Assembly: GCA_965230445.1 (NCBI GenBank)
Contig: OZ246005.1
Span: 866,233-930,232 of the forward strand
Direction: 5' to 3'
Source: Roseibium sp.
Lineage (GTDB): Bacteria; Pseudomonadota; Alphaproteobacteria; Rhizobiales; Stappiaceae
DNA: 64,000 bases
The first letter of the stretch is position 1. Each line of letters opens with the position of its first letter. Positions 10,218 through 20,194 of the stretch are shown piece after piece. Below the pieces are notes generated by a model. That model saw nothing but the letters and a program-made list of their open reading frames with translations. It had not been told where the DNA came from and did not search any database. Position numbers and translations under genes: made by a program.

Positions 10218-13171
10218 GCCGGAACAACCGATTGGAAGGTGGCCTGCTCGACCGCTCCGCCCCGGTTTCCTTCACATTTGACGGCAAAACCTATTCGGGC
10301 TTCAAGGGCGACACGCTTGCTTCCGCCCTGCTGGCAAATGGCGTCCGGCTGATGGGCCGCAGCTTCAAATATCATCGCCCGCGCGGGCCGCTGACCGCCG
10401 GGTCTGAAGAACCGAATGCGCTTGTGGAACTGCGGACCGGCGCACGGCAGGAACCCAATACCCGGGCGACCGTGGCGGAATTGTTCGACGGCCTTGCCGC
10501 CAACAGTCAGAACCGCTGGCCGTCACTGGCGTTCGACGCGATGGGCATCAACGACCTGTTTTCCGATTTCCTGACGGCCGGATTCTACTACAAGACCTTC
10601 ATGTGGCCGAAGGCCTTTTGGGAAAAGCTCTATGAGCCGGTTATCCGCCGTGCCGCCGGGCTCGGGTCTTTGTCCATGGAAGCGGATCCGGATACTTACG
10701 AGAAGGGCTTCCTTCATTGCGATTTGCTGGTGATCGGCTCCGGACCCGCCGGTCTTGCTGCCGCGCTGACAGCTGGGCGCGCTGGGGCACGGGTGATCCT
10801 GGCAGAGGAAGACTTTACGCCCGGCGGAAGGTTGAATGCCGAGACGTATGGTCTTGACGGCAAGCCGGCGTCCGAGTGGCTGGCAAATGTCCTTGACGAA
10901 CTCCGGTCGCTGACCAACGTCCGTATATTGACCCGTACCACCGTCTACGGTGCCTATGATCACGGCGTATACGGTGCCTTGGAACGGGTCGCCGATCATC
11001 TCGGCAATCCCGGCAAGGACCTGCCTCGGCAGATCCTTTGGCGAATCTACTCCAAACGCGCGATCCTGTGCGCGGGCGCAACCGAGCGACCCATAGCCTT
11101 TGAGAACAACGACCGGCCCGGCATCATGCTGGCAGGTGCCATGCGCGCCTATGCCAATCGTTGGGCGGCCACAGCAAGCCGGCAGGTGGCCATATTCACC
11201 AATAACGACGATGGTCACCGAACAGCGGCCGATCTTGCCGCCAAGGGTGTTGCTGTTCAAGCTGTGATCGATACCCGCCAAGAAGCACCCAAGCTTGGCG
11301 ACTATGAATTGCTGTCCGGCGCGGCAGTTGTTGATGCCTCCGGCCGCCTCGGACTGGAGGCCGTCAAGGTCCGGCTTGCTGATGGCAACCTTAAGACAAT
11401 CAATTGCGGTGCGCTTGGAGTCTCCGGTGGCTGGAACCCGGCTGTTTCGCTGACCTGCCACCAGTGCGGACGCCCGGTCTGGAACGACGGCATCGCGGCT
11501 TTTGTGCCCGGCGAGACCCTTCCGGCCGGCATGTCTGTTGCGGGTGCGGCCAATGGAACCTTCGGGACATCAGCAGGCTTTGCGGAAGGTGCGCACAAAT
11601 CCTTGCAGGCCTTGTCCGACCTCGGTTTCGGCGGAACTGCTGTCGACACACCGAAGGCAGAAGATGCCTCAATTGCCATCTCGCCCTTCTGGTATGTCAG
11701 TGAAGGCAAGGGCCGCGGCTGGATCGACTTCCAGAACGATGTGACGGTCAAGGACGTGAAGCTTGCGCATCAGGAAGGCTTCCGCTCGGTCGAGCATCTG
11801 AAACGCTACACCACACTGGGCATGGCGACGGATCAGGGCAAGACATCCAATCTCGGCGGCCTTGCTGTCATGGCCGAGATGACCGGGCGCAGCATTCCGG
11901 AAACGGGAACGACGATCTTTCGCCCGCCCTACAATCCGGTGCCGATAGCCGCCTTTGCCGGACGCTCGCAGGGCAGGGACTTCCGCCCCGTCCGTCTGAC
12001 ACCGAGCCATGACTGGGCAGAAGAGCAGGGTGCGGTCTTTGTCGAAGCCGGAGCATGGCTCCGGGCGCAATGGTTCCCGCGTGAGGGTGAAACCCATTGG
12101 CGCAAAAGTGTTGATCGGGAGGCTCTGGCGGTCCGTCAATCCGTCGGTGTCTGCGATGTGACGACCCTCGGCAAGGTCGATGTGCAGGGCGCGGATGCGG
12201 CAGCCTTCCTCAACAAGATCTACAGCAACGGGTTTGCGAAACTTGCCGTCGGCAAGACGCGTTATGGCCTGATGTTGCGTGAGGACGGCATTGCCATGGA
12301 TGACGGCACGGCAGCACGGCTCGCCGAGGACCATTTTGTCGTCACCACGACCACGGCCAACGCCGTAGGCGTCTACCGGCATATGGAGTTCGTCCGCCAG
12401 TGCCTTCATCCCGAACTGGATGTCCAGCTGATCTCGACGACCGATGCCTGGGCGCAGTTCGCCGTTGCCGGCCCGAATTCGCGGAACCTGCTCCGGAAGA
12501 TCGTCGATCCCGCCTTCGATATCTCCAATGAAGGGTTTCCGTTCATGGCCTGCGGTGAGGTCACCGTTTGCGGCGGTGTGCGGGCGCGGCTGTTCCGGAT
12601 CTCCTTCTCCGGGGAACTGGCTTACGAGATCGCGGTGCCGAGCCGCTATGGTGACAGCCTGATCCGTGTCCTCATGGAAGCTGGCAAGGAATACGGCGTG
12701 ACCCCTTATGGGACCGAGGCACTGGGCGTTCTCCGCATCGAAAAGGGACACGCCACAGCCAACGAACTCAACGGCCAGACCTCCGCCGATCATTTGGGCA
12801 TGGGCAGGATGGTCTCCGCCAAAAAGGACAGCATCGGCTGTGTGCTTTCGCGCCGTGAAGGGCTCACCGATCCGCAGGGCATCCGGCAGGTGGGGCTTGA
12901 GGCGGTTGATCCGGATGTCAGCCTGCCTGCCGGCGGCCATCTGTTCACGGCAGGCAAGGCGCATACCGCGCAAAATGACGAGGGCTGGGTGTCATCTGCG
13001 GCCTATTCTCCCCACCTTGAAAAGTCCATCGCATTGGCCTTCCTGAAAATGGGTTCCGAGCGCCACGGTGAAGTGATCGAGATCGCCAACCCGATTGAGG
13101 GGGTGACATTCAAAGCAAAAGTCGTCAGTCCGCATTTTCTCGACCCGGAAGGAGACCGTCTGCGTGTCTGA
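10214..13171 (+). CDS. soxA: Sarcosine oxidase, alpha subunit
   Basis: 985 aa with an N-terminal 2Fe-2S-like/NAD-binding region (LVIGSGPAGL) and a C-terminal aminomethyltransferase (GcvT-like) folate-binding domain. Confidence 0.9.
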   Translation: MSRNNRLEGGLLDRSAPVSFTFDGKTYSGFKGDTLASALLANGVRLMGRSFKYHRPRGPLTAGSEEPNALVELRTGARQEPNTRATVAELFDGLAANSQNRWPSLAFDAMGINDLFSDFLTAGFYYKTFMWPKAFWEKLYEPVIRRAAGLGSLSMEADPDTYEKGFLHCDLLVIGSGPAGLAAALTAGRAGARVILAEEDFTPGGRLNAETYGLDGKPASEWLANVLDELRSLTNVRILTRTTVYGAYDHGVYGALERVADHLGNPGKDLPRQILWRIYSKRAILCAGATERPIAFENNDRPGIMLAGAMRAYANRWAATASRQVAIFTNNDDGHRTAADLAAKGVAVQAVIDTRQEAPKLGDYELLSGAAVVDASGRLGLEAVKVRLADGNLKTINCGALGVSGGWNPAVSLTCHQCGRPVWNDGIAAFVPGETLPAGMSVAGAANGTFGTSAGFAEGAHKSLQALSDLGFGGTAVDTPKAEDASIAISPFWYVSEGKGRGWIDFQNDVTVKDVKLAHQEGFRSVEHLKRYTTLGMATDQGKTSNLGGLAVMAEMTGRSIPETGTTIFRPPYNPVPIAAFAGRSQGRDFRPVRLTPSHDWAEEQGAVFVEAGAWLRAQWFPREGETHWRKSVDREALAVRQSVGVCDVTTLGKVDVQGADAAAFLNKIYSNGFAKLAVGKTRYGLMLREDGIAMDDGTAARLAEDHFVVTTTTANAVGVYRHMEFVRQCLHPELDVQLISTTDAWAQFAVAGPNSRNLLRKIVDPAFDISNEGFPFMACGEVTVCGGVRARLFRISFSGELAYEIAVPSRYGDSLIRVLMEAGKEYGVTPYGTEALGVLRIEKGHATANELNGQTSADHLGMGRMVSAKKDSIGCVLSRREGLTDPQGIRQVGLEAVDPDVSLPAGGHLFTAGKAHTAQNDEGWVSSAAYSPHLEKSIALAFLKMGSERHGEVIEIANPIEGVTFKAKVVSPHFLDPEGDRLRV

Positions 13172-13751
13172 ATTTTCCTTGAAGCCGCGATCCGCCTTTG
13201 CTCCGGGTGAGGCGCCAATCGCACATGCCGGTCCCTATTCGCTGGCTGATGTCACCGACCTGGCCTTGGCGTCCGTATCCGTCCGCCGCGACGGAGCTCA
13301 GGCGCTTGCGAGGCTTGAAGCCCATCTCGGGGTGAAGCTGCCTGATGCCGGGTGTTTGAGCGAAGCCGGACCTAATACGGTTTTCTGGATGGGGGAGGGG
13401 CAATGGATGGTTACTGCTCCGCATGAAACCCACGAGTTGCTGGCGCAGGACCTGAAAGCCATAGCCGGAGAGGCGGTGTCGGTCACCGAGCAGAATGACG
13501 CCTGGGCTTGCCTGGAGTTGACCGGCCCCGCCCTTGAGGAGGTCTTTGGCCGATTGACTTCGCTTGACCTTGAGGCGGCTGCCTCAGGTTCGGCCTTCAG
13601 GACTTCAATCGAACATATCGGCTGCTTCGTGCTGTGCCTGGAAAAGGGTGCCCGCTACAGCATTCTCATGGGTCGGTCCTTCGCAAGGTCCATGCATCAC
13701 GCGGTCTTGCAGGCCCTGCACGCAACAGTTGCCATTGCCGAAAGACCCTAA
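13164..13751 (+). CDS. soxG: Sarcosine oxidase, gamma subunit
   Basis: 195 aa. Overlaps the soxA stop. Position and size fit SoxG. Confidence 0.8.
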   Translation: MSEFSLKPRSAFAPGEAPIAHAGPYSLADVTDLALASVSVRRDGAQALARLEAHLGVKLPDAGCLSEAGPNTVFWMGEGQWMVTAPHETHELLAQDLKAIAGEAVSVTEQNDAWACLELTGPALEEVFGRLTSLDLEAAASGSAFRTSIEHIGCFVLCLEKGARYSILMGRSFARSMHHAVLQALHATVAIAERP

Positions 13752-13762
13752 GCCGAAAGACC

Positions 13763-14713
13763 CTAAACCGCAGTCTCGTCGCTTCTCGGGCTCCGGCGGG
13801 GCTGCGGGCCGGTGTCGTAACGCGGGTTTGCGGTTTGCAGCACCGGTCTGCGCGCCGACACGTTCTCCCGGCTTTCGCGCCAGACAACGAAAATGCCGGA
13901 CAGGATGATGACCGCCGAACCGACGGCAACATAAATGTCCGGTGTCTCGTAAAAGAACAAGGCACCGAATGCGGTCGCCCAGAGGATCTGGCTGTACTGC
14001 AGGGGCGCGACGACGGCGGCCGGCGCGGCGCGATAGGCAGCAATAATGCATAGCTGCGCCAGCACCGAGAGGAACCCGACAGCGGCCATCATGGCAAGAT
14101 CGGCAAGTTCCACCGGCCGGTAGACTGCCGGCATCGCCAGGGTCATCGCGAACATCGCACCCAGCATCGGATAAAGGATCAGAACCGCCGGACGCTCCTT
14201 GCCGCCAATCTTGCGAACGACAATTGAGCCGAGCGAGTTGCCCAAGGCTGACGTCAGCGCGGCGAGATGTCCGAGCGACAGTTCGGTCATTCCCGGGCGC
14301 AAAACGATGAGGACTCCGATCAGTCCGAAGATCACCGCCGCCCAGCGCTGGGCCCTGACAGTTTCTCCAAGCAGGGGAACCGACAGCGCGGTAATCAGCA
14401 GGGGTGTGGCGAACAAGAGCGCGTAAACTTCCGCAAGCGGCAAAACCGTAAAGGCATAGAATGCACTGGACATTGCAATGATGGTCAGTGTGGCGCGCAA
14501 GGCGACAAGCCGCGGGTAATGCGGCCGGAAATTATCGATGGCGCGGTCGGCCAGCATCAATGTTGCAATCGGCACGAATGCGAACAGCATGGCGAAAAAC
14601 AGGATCTGAAACACCGAGTATGTGCTGCCGAGTGCTTTGACGATGGCGTCATGGGTCGCAAACAGGGCGAATGCCAGAAGGCCGAAACTGAAACCGCGAA
14701 AGGCTGGCGTCAT
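13763..14713 (-). CDS. DMT-superfamily (EamA-like) transporter
   Basis: About 10 predicted TM helices and a duplicated EamA-like architecture. Confidence 0.8.
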   Translation of the reverse strand: MTPAFRGFSFGLLAFALFATHDAIVKALGSTYSVFQILFFAMLFAFVPIATLMLADRAIDNFRPHYPRLVALRATLTIIAMSSAFYAFTVLPLAEVYALLFATPLLITALSVPLLGETVRAQRWAAVIFGLIGVLIVLRPGMTELSLGHLAALTSALGNSLGSIVVRKIGGKERPAVLILYPMLGAMFAMTLAMPAVYRPVELADLAMMAAVGFLSVLAQLCIIAAYRAAPAAVVAPLQYSQILWATAFGALFFYETPDIYVAVGSAVIILSGIFVVWRESRENVSARRPVLQTANPRYDTGPQPRRSPRSDETAV

Positions 14714-14900
14714 TGCAAATGTCCATGGGTAGCACCGGCGGGCGTGAACTCGCCGCGCCGCTGCCTGAAAACGGGGCCGGATAGGGTATGCCGAAAAGCC
14801 GGATGCGTTTTCGTTCGTAACAGAACAACAGGCACAGGAACAGGGCCGCGATCAGAAAGGGCGCCGGTAAAAATCGGAGAAAAGCCGGAAGGCGAACCGG

Positions 14901-15233
14901 CTACCGCACGAAAACCCTTGCGAGCGTTGTCAGGGCCATCGCCGTTACGGCGCGTCTCGGGCCTTCAGGCGCATTTATCTCGATCGGGCTTGGCAATGCG
15001 ATCCGGTTGAGGTCCTCGCAGGACAGACGGTCCAGATCAGCTGACTTTGCAACTTCCTCGGCCGCATAGCGCACCTGATCGAACAAGGTAACCAACTGCT
15101 GCCAAACACAGGCAGGCGGTGCTTCGTTTGAAGTGCGCCAGCGAAGAATATCGGCCTCTTCGACGCCGAACATGCGCGCGGCTTCTTCCGGTGCCAAACC
15201 CATAAAATCTAATACGACGCTGAAATTGCTCAT
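14901..15233 (-). CDS. Small HTH protein resembling the YdiL/Aca2 (DUF1870) family
   Basis: 110 aa. GLAPEEAARMFGVEEADILRWRTSNEAPPACVWQQLVTLFDQVRY follows the Aca2/YdiL pattern (HTH, then W-x-x-W/E-x-G-x-x-x-P, then a helix). This was recognised by eye only, with no profile search. Confidence 0.4.
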   Translation of the reverse strand: MSNFSVVLDFMGLAPEEAARMFGVEEADILRWRTSNEAPPACVWQQLVTLFDQVRYAAEEVAKSADLDRLSCEDLNRIALPSPIEINAPEGPRRAVTAMALTTLARVFVR

Positions 15234-15562
15234 ACAAACCTCGAGCTTTCACAATTCGCCAAGCGGCGATCCTTGAAATATTGCACCGCAACATGGCAAA
15301 AGTGAAGCAAATTGCGGAATTCAGGTTAATTCTTGCGCAGCCATACGCTGCGTCCGGGAGAGGCCAAGCGGTGTACATCCTGTTGAAAAGCGGGCTGGAT
15401 TACTCGCTGAGTACAGCGCGTGAAATTTATTAAGTATCTAAAAAATAATAGAAAAAATCAATATCGGTGGAAAACGCCCGTCTGCCCAAATGTGGGTTGG
15501 CGGGAGTGATAATCTATTTCGACTCAAAAAGACGTCGTTAAAAGTGCCGTTGGGCTGTGCCG

Positions 15563-16357
15563 ATGAAATTCAAGGGAAAATCATTCATTGCCATCGTTCT
15601 GGCTCCGGAGGAACCAATCAAGGATTGGTTTGCCGAGCTGGACCGTATCAGTGAACGGTCACCCGGCTTCTTTATCGATCGGCCCATCGTCCTCGATCTC
15701 CGGGGATCGAAGATGCCCGTTGACGACATCGAGGTTCTGCTCGGGAAACTGGCCGAGCGTGCGATCCGGGTCATGGGCATAGATGGTGTGTCCGGGTCCC
15801 GGTTGAAGCCGGGAATGCCTCCCAGTTTCTCCGGCGGGCGTCTGACCAAGAAAATTGACATTCCGGCTCCCGATGGATCCGGGACGGCGACAAAGGCCGG
15901 AGATCAAAAGGCGGCAGGCCCGTCGTCTAAGTCAGCGGAAAAGGAGCCGTCCAGAGCGGTCGCGAATGCGGGGCAGACTGCGGTTGCCGATAAGCCGGCG
16001 AACCCGGAAGACGATTTGGACGGCAAAAGCGCGTCCATCGTCGTTACCGAACATGTGCGGTCTGGGCAATGTATCCTGAACCCGGAAGGCGACGTGACGA
16101 TTGTCGGGTCCGTCAGCTCCGGCGCTGAAGTCATTGCGGGCGGTTCGATCCACATCTACGGCGCCTTGCGCGGACGGGCCCTGGCCGGTGTTGCCGGGGA
16201 TGATACCGCCCGGATCTTCTGTTCGCATATGGATGCGGAACTTGTTTCGATCAACGGGCTTTACAAGATCGCTGACGATTTCGACCGCCAGGTTTTGAAG
16301 GGACCGGCGCAGATCAGATTTGAAGATGAAACGCTGGTGTTTGAACGCCTGGGTTAG
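15563..16357 (+). CDS. minC: Septum site-determining protein MinC
   Basis: MKFKGKSFIAIVL N-terminus and a C-terminal beta-helix region (GSVSSGAEVIAGGSIHIYGALRGRA). Followed by minD and minE. ATG at 15563 was chosen over GTG at 15557. Confidence 0.85.
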   Translation: MKFKGKSFIAIVLAPEEPIKDWFAELDRISERSPGFFIDRPIVLDLRGSKMPVDDIEVLLGKLAERAIRVMGIDGVSGSRLKPGMPPSFSGGRLTKKIDIPAPDGSGTATKAGDQKAAGPSSKSAEKEPSRAVANAGQTAVADKPANPEDDLDGKSASIVVTEHVRSGQCILNPEGDVTIVGSVSSGAEVIAGGSIHIYGALRGRALAGVAGDDTARIFCSHMDAELVSINGLYKIADDFDRQVLKGPAQIRFEDETLVFERLG

Positions 16358-16423
16358 AGCGGCAATACCGCATTGCGCACCGGGCGTGCGGCGGAAGAGG
16401 GTTGTTAAGATGGGACGGATGGC

Positions 16424-17245
16424 ATGAGCAACGCCACGGTGGTCGTAGTTACATCAGGCAAGGGTGGCGTTGGCAAAACGACCAGCACCGCAGCGCTTGC
16501 CGCAGCGTTGGCGAAGGAAGGCTATCAGGTCTGCGCGGTGGATTTTGATGTCGGCCTGCGCAATCTGGACCTGATCATGGGCGCTGAGCGCCGCGTCGTC
16601 TTCGACCTTGTGAACGTCGTGCGCGGCGAAGCGTCGATCAAGCAGGCGCTGGTCCGGGACAAGAAGCTCAGCAACCTCTACATGCTGCCGGCATCCCAGA
16701 CCCGCGACAAGGACGCGCTGACCGACGAGGGCGTTGCCCGGGTCATTCAGGAACTGCGTCAGTATTTCGACTGGGTTATCTGCGACAGCCCGGCCGGTAT
16801 TGAGCGTGGCGCCACGCTGGCCATGCGCTACGCGGATGAAGCGATCATCGTGTCCAACCCGGAAGTCTCGTCGGTGCGCGATTGTGACCGGATTATCGGA
16901 TTGCTGGACGCCAAGACTGCGGTCGCGGAGCAGGGCGGTCGCATGCCCAAGCATCTGATGATTACCCGCTACGATTCCGAGCGTGCGAGAATTGGCGATA
17001 TGCTTGAAACCGATGATGTGGTCGACATTCTGTCGGTTCCGCTGATCGGTATCGTTCCGGAAAGCAAGGATGTCCTGAAAGCCTCGAATGTCGGCTTGCC
17101 GGTCACCGTTGCCGACGAAGTCTCGCCTGCATCAAGGGCATATCTGGAAGCGACAAGGCGCCTTTTGGGCGAAAACATTCCCGTCACTGTCCCCGAAGAG
17201 AAAAAGGGCTTGTTCGGAAAGCTCTTCAAGGGGAGGGCCGCATGA
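16424..17245 (+). CDS. minD: Septum site-determining ATPase MinD
   Basis: Deviant Walker A SGKGGVGKTT and a C-terminal amphipathic helix (GLFGKLFKG). Confidence 0.95.
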   Translation: MSNATVVVVTSGKGGVGKTTSTAALAAALAKEGYQVCAVDFDVGLRNLDLIMGAERRVVFDLVNVVRGEASIKQALVRDKKLSNLYMLPASQTRDKDALTDEGVARVIQELRQYFDWVICDSPAGIERGATLAMRYADEAIIVSNPEVSSVRDCDRIIGLLDAKTAVAEQGGRMPKHLMITRYDSERARIGDMLETDDVVDILSVPLIGIVPESKDVLKASNVGLPVTVADEVSPASRAYLEATRRLLGENIPVTVPEEKKGLFGKLFKGRAA

Positions 17246-17529
17246 ACATTCTGAGCCTCTTTGGCAGGAGGAGCGAGACCGCTTCGGTTGCCAAAAACCG
17301 GCTCCAGATTCTATTGGCCCACGAGCGGGCCGACGACGGCTCGGACGCAATTCTGATCTCGGCGCTGCGCGAAGACATCCTCGAGGTGGTGCGCAAACGT
17401 GTCGAGGTTGATCCGGAGGCGGTTCATCTCGAAATGGACCGGTCCGGTGGTGTCACCACGCTCGGGATCGACATTGAACTGCCGGAAGCACGCCAGGGTC
17501 GAGCCGTACGCGCCGGCCTCGCCCGGTAA
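17242..17529 (+). CDS. minE: Cell division topological specificity factor MinE
   Basis: 95 aa. The N-terminus SLFGRRSETASVAKNRLQILLAHER is the canonical MinE motif. Overlaps the minD stop. Confidence 0.9.
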   Translation: MNILSLFGRRSETASVAKNRLQILLAHERADDGSDAILISALREDILEVVRKRVEVDPEAVHLEMDRSGGVTTLGIDIELPEARQGRAVRAGLAR

Positions 17530-17893
17530 GCCGATCTGGACCACTAAAAGCGCATTCCAATGCCCCGCCCGCCGCGCGCCGGACGGAGTAAGTATTTCTG
17601 TCAGGCTGCCGAAAGAACAGGGCCGGCGGAGTGTGGCTTCCATGGCAATCATTGTCTTTGTCGAACTAGCCGTGGTGTGCTTTAGCCTTTTTGCGCGTTG
17701 GAATAACTAATTCTGCCAATACTTGACGGGTTAACCCGGCAATAAACAACTGTAAAACGCAAGAAAATCAACTGATTGATAATTGACGAGATTCCGTAAC
17801 GGAAATACAGTTTTAGATGTGGGTGTTTGAATTTCGAACCTGGGTGGAAACAGGGATCGGTTTGTTGGCCGGGCCGTCAATAGGGCCTCATAC

Positions 17894-19039
17894 ATGGATT
17901 GGGCGTATGGAGCTGTGTCAACTGTCGCTTTGACGGCAGGGTTGATTGGCGTTTGTTTGATTGTGCTGAACTACGTCTGGCGCCGTGACCGGTGCCTTCA
18001 GTGGTTCGGTGTGTCTTATGTTTTTCTAGGTGTCGGCTACTACTTTACTGCCAGCGGCGATGCAGGTGGAAGCGAGTTTCCGGTTCTGCTTGCGGCAATC
18101 CTGCTGTTCGGATCGACCGCGTTCCTGTTGCTCGGGGCCTGCGAGTTCGCAAATCGGGACCCGAAGCCGTACGTGATTGCCTACACGGGTTTATGCGCGT
18201 TGTTTCTGGCGTGGATATCGATTGGCGGACCGCTGCCGCCAGGAGCGGCCATTGTTCCGGTCATCCTCGGTTTGTTTGCGTCGGGCGCTCTTTTGGCCTC
18301 TACCGGATACCTCAATGCCATATGCTCGGTGCCAATACTTCTGCGCGCTTTGTTTTTGACCTTTGACCTCCTTGCTGGCGACGTGCTGCCGGTTCCGACA
18401 CCGTTCATTGCGAATGCCTTGTTTGTCCTTCAGGCCATAATGTTGGCGGTCGCCGTGTCCGCGCGGTACAATCTGCGGCTGGAGCGCGATCGCAATCGCT
18501 ATCAACTCGAGGCGTTTCTGGACCCCTTGACCGGTGTGTTGAACCGGAGGGGATTTCAAACCCGCGTTGAGGACTATTTGGGGCAAGCCTCGTCACGTCC
18601 GCACGCCGTGGTGATGATGGACATCGACAATTTCAAGGCCATCAACTCGCTGTTTGGCCACACCATTGGCGACAGTGTCCTGAAGGAACTGGCCAATGCG
18701 TTTCAGCGGAACCTGCGCTCGGGCGATATTTTTGGCCGGATCGGAGGCGAGGAGTTCGCGATGTTCCTGCCCGACGCTGACCTGGCCAGCGCAGCGGCAA
18801 TTGCCGAAAGGTTGCGCCGGCAGGCGAAATTGGTCGAAGCCGGCGAGGGACACGAGATTTCCGTCAGCTTCGGCGTTGCCGGAATGGAAGACCGCGGTAG
18901 CGGCATTGATCGCATTCATGAATATGCCGACATTGCCCTCAAAGCGGCCAAGTCCAGCGGGAAAGACTGTGTGTTCGTCATCGACGGAAACGACAAGGTA
19001 TCACACTGGAGCGGGCAATCCGGAATGGCGGCTGATTGA
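17894..19039 (+). CDS. Membrane-anchored diguanylate cyclase (GGDEF domain)
   Basis: About 6 N-terminal TM helices, then a GGDEF domain with an intact GGEEF active site and RxxD-like upstream residues. Confidence 0.85.
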   Translation: MDWAYGAVSTVALTAGLIGVCLIVLNYVWRRDRCLQWFGVSYVFLGVGYYFTASGDAGGSEFPVLLAAILLFGSTAFLLLGACEFANRDPKPYVIAYTGLCALFLAWISIGGPLPPGAAIVPVILGLFASGALLASTGYLNAICSVPILLRALFLTFDLLAGDVLPVPTPFIANALFVLQAIMLAVAVSARYNLRLERDRNRYQLEAFLDPLTGVLNRRGFQTRVEDYLGQASSRPHAVVMMDIDNFKAINSLFGHTIGDSVLKELANAFQRNLRSGDIFGRIGGEEFAMFLPDADLASAAAIAERLRRQAKLVEAGEGHEISVSFGVAGMEDRGSGIDRIHEYADIALKAAKSSGKDCVFVIDGNDKVSHWSGQSGMAAD

Positions 19040-19041
19040 CC

Positions 19042-19887
19042 CTAACGCTGCGGGCCGAGCAGGGCCATGTCCCTCTCGGCAAGGAACAGGTTTGAATAAA
19101 GGTTCGCGGTCCATTGCCGTCCTGCGGCGGTGATCTTCAGATACTCAACAGCTTTCTGGATATGTGGGGCGACGCTGTTCCAATAGAACTGCGGGTACTT
19201 GTGCACCAAATCTGCCGGATTGTCGTATCCGAGCTGTTTGTTCACGCCCGCTTCCTCAAATTCGTAGTAAAGCGCGTTCGCCTTGCGGATGTAATGCGGA
19301 TCGCCGAGCTGGCCGATCAGGTCGGCTGCCCGCACAATGGTCGCTTCTTCGCCAAGCGTTTCCGCATCGTCAGGGAATTTGCTCGGAAACCGGGTTCCTT
19401 CAACGGCTTCGGCAATGCGCTGCGGGTCGAGAAGATCGATGCCTGGAATACGTTGGTAGATGAACAATTTCGAACGGTCGACATGATGTGCGGTCAGGGC
19501 GGCATCTGAAGACCCCCGGGGCGGTTTGACCCTGTCACCGGCTTCATTGACGATGAAACCTTCGTCATTGTCGTCATGAAGAACGCCGCGCACATAGCCG
19601 ATGTCGTGGGTAAGGCAGGCGACAATCACATGGGCGTAGTCGGTGGGCGTCATATGGGTATGCAGCGCCCGGCCGCGCATGATGTCGTGTCCGGCCATGG
19701 TTACCAGCATTGTATGCTCGATGTTGTGATAGAGCGCATCGGAGTTGCCGATGCATTCGATCGCAATCCGGGCGATTGACGGCACAAGTTCGGCCAATTC
19801 GCCTTCGGACTGTCCGAAGCGGCGCTGCATGTATTTCGACAGGAAACTGCCAAGCGCGTCTGCAGTCAGTTCCGGAACAGTGAGCAT
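19042..19887 (-). CDS. HD-domain metal-dependent phosphohydrolase
   Basis: H...HD motif (YHNIEHT ... CLTHDIGY). No GYP motif, so it is not called an HD-GYP protein. Confidence 0.7.
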   Translation of the reverse strand: MLTVPELTADALGSFLSKYMQRRFGQSEGELAELVPSIARIAIECIGNSDALYHNIEHTMLVTMAGHDIMRGRALHTHMTPTDYAHVIVACLTHDIGYVRGVLHDDNDEGFIVNEAGDRVKPPRGSSDAALTAHHVDRSKLFIYQRIPGIDLLDPQRIAEAVEGTRFPSKFPDDAETLGEEATIVRAADLIGQLGDPHYIRKANALYYEFEEAGVNKQLGYDNPADLVHKYPQFYWNSVAPHIQKAVEYLKITAAGRQWTANLYSNLFLAERDMALLGPQR

Positions 19888-20194
19888 GGCAATCGGGGTC
19901 CCTGGCTTTTGATACGGCTCGTGGAACGGTCAGTCCGCAGCGACCCAATTTGCGGTCAAATTGTGTCATCCGCATTTACATTTATGGGGTGTTCTTGCGC
20001 TAGCGCAAGGTGGGGTGGTTGCGGCCGGTTCAATTTAGAGTGTGTAGCAAATGTTGCCCGGCCTATGGCGGAGGAACAGTTCAGCGTTTCACTTCTGTTA
20101 CCTGCGGCGCTGCTCCCGCGCCTGCTTGGCGGGGTCCAACAAACCAGAAACTATCGTCCAAGGCAGCAAGACACATTCGTGGATGGATACCGAG

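Noticed and set aside
11669-12973. 434-aa ORF on the minus strand
   Set aside because: It is antisense to soxA, which has unmistakable family signatures. It is a shadow ORF.
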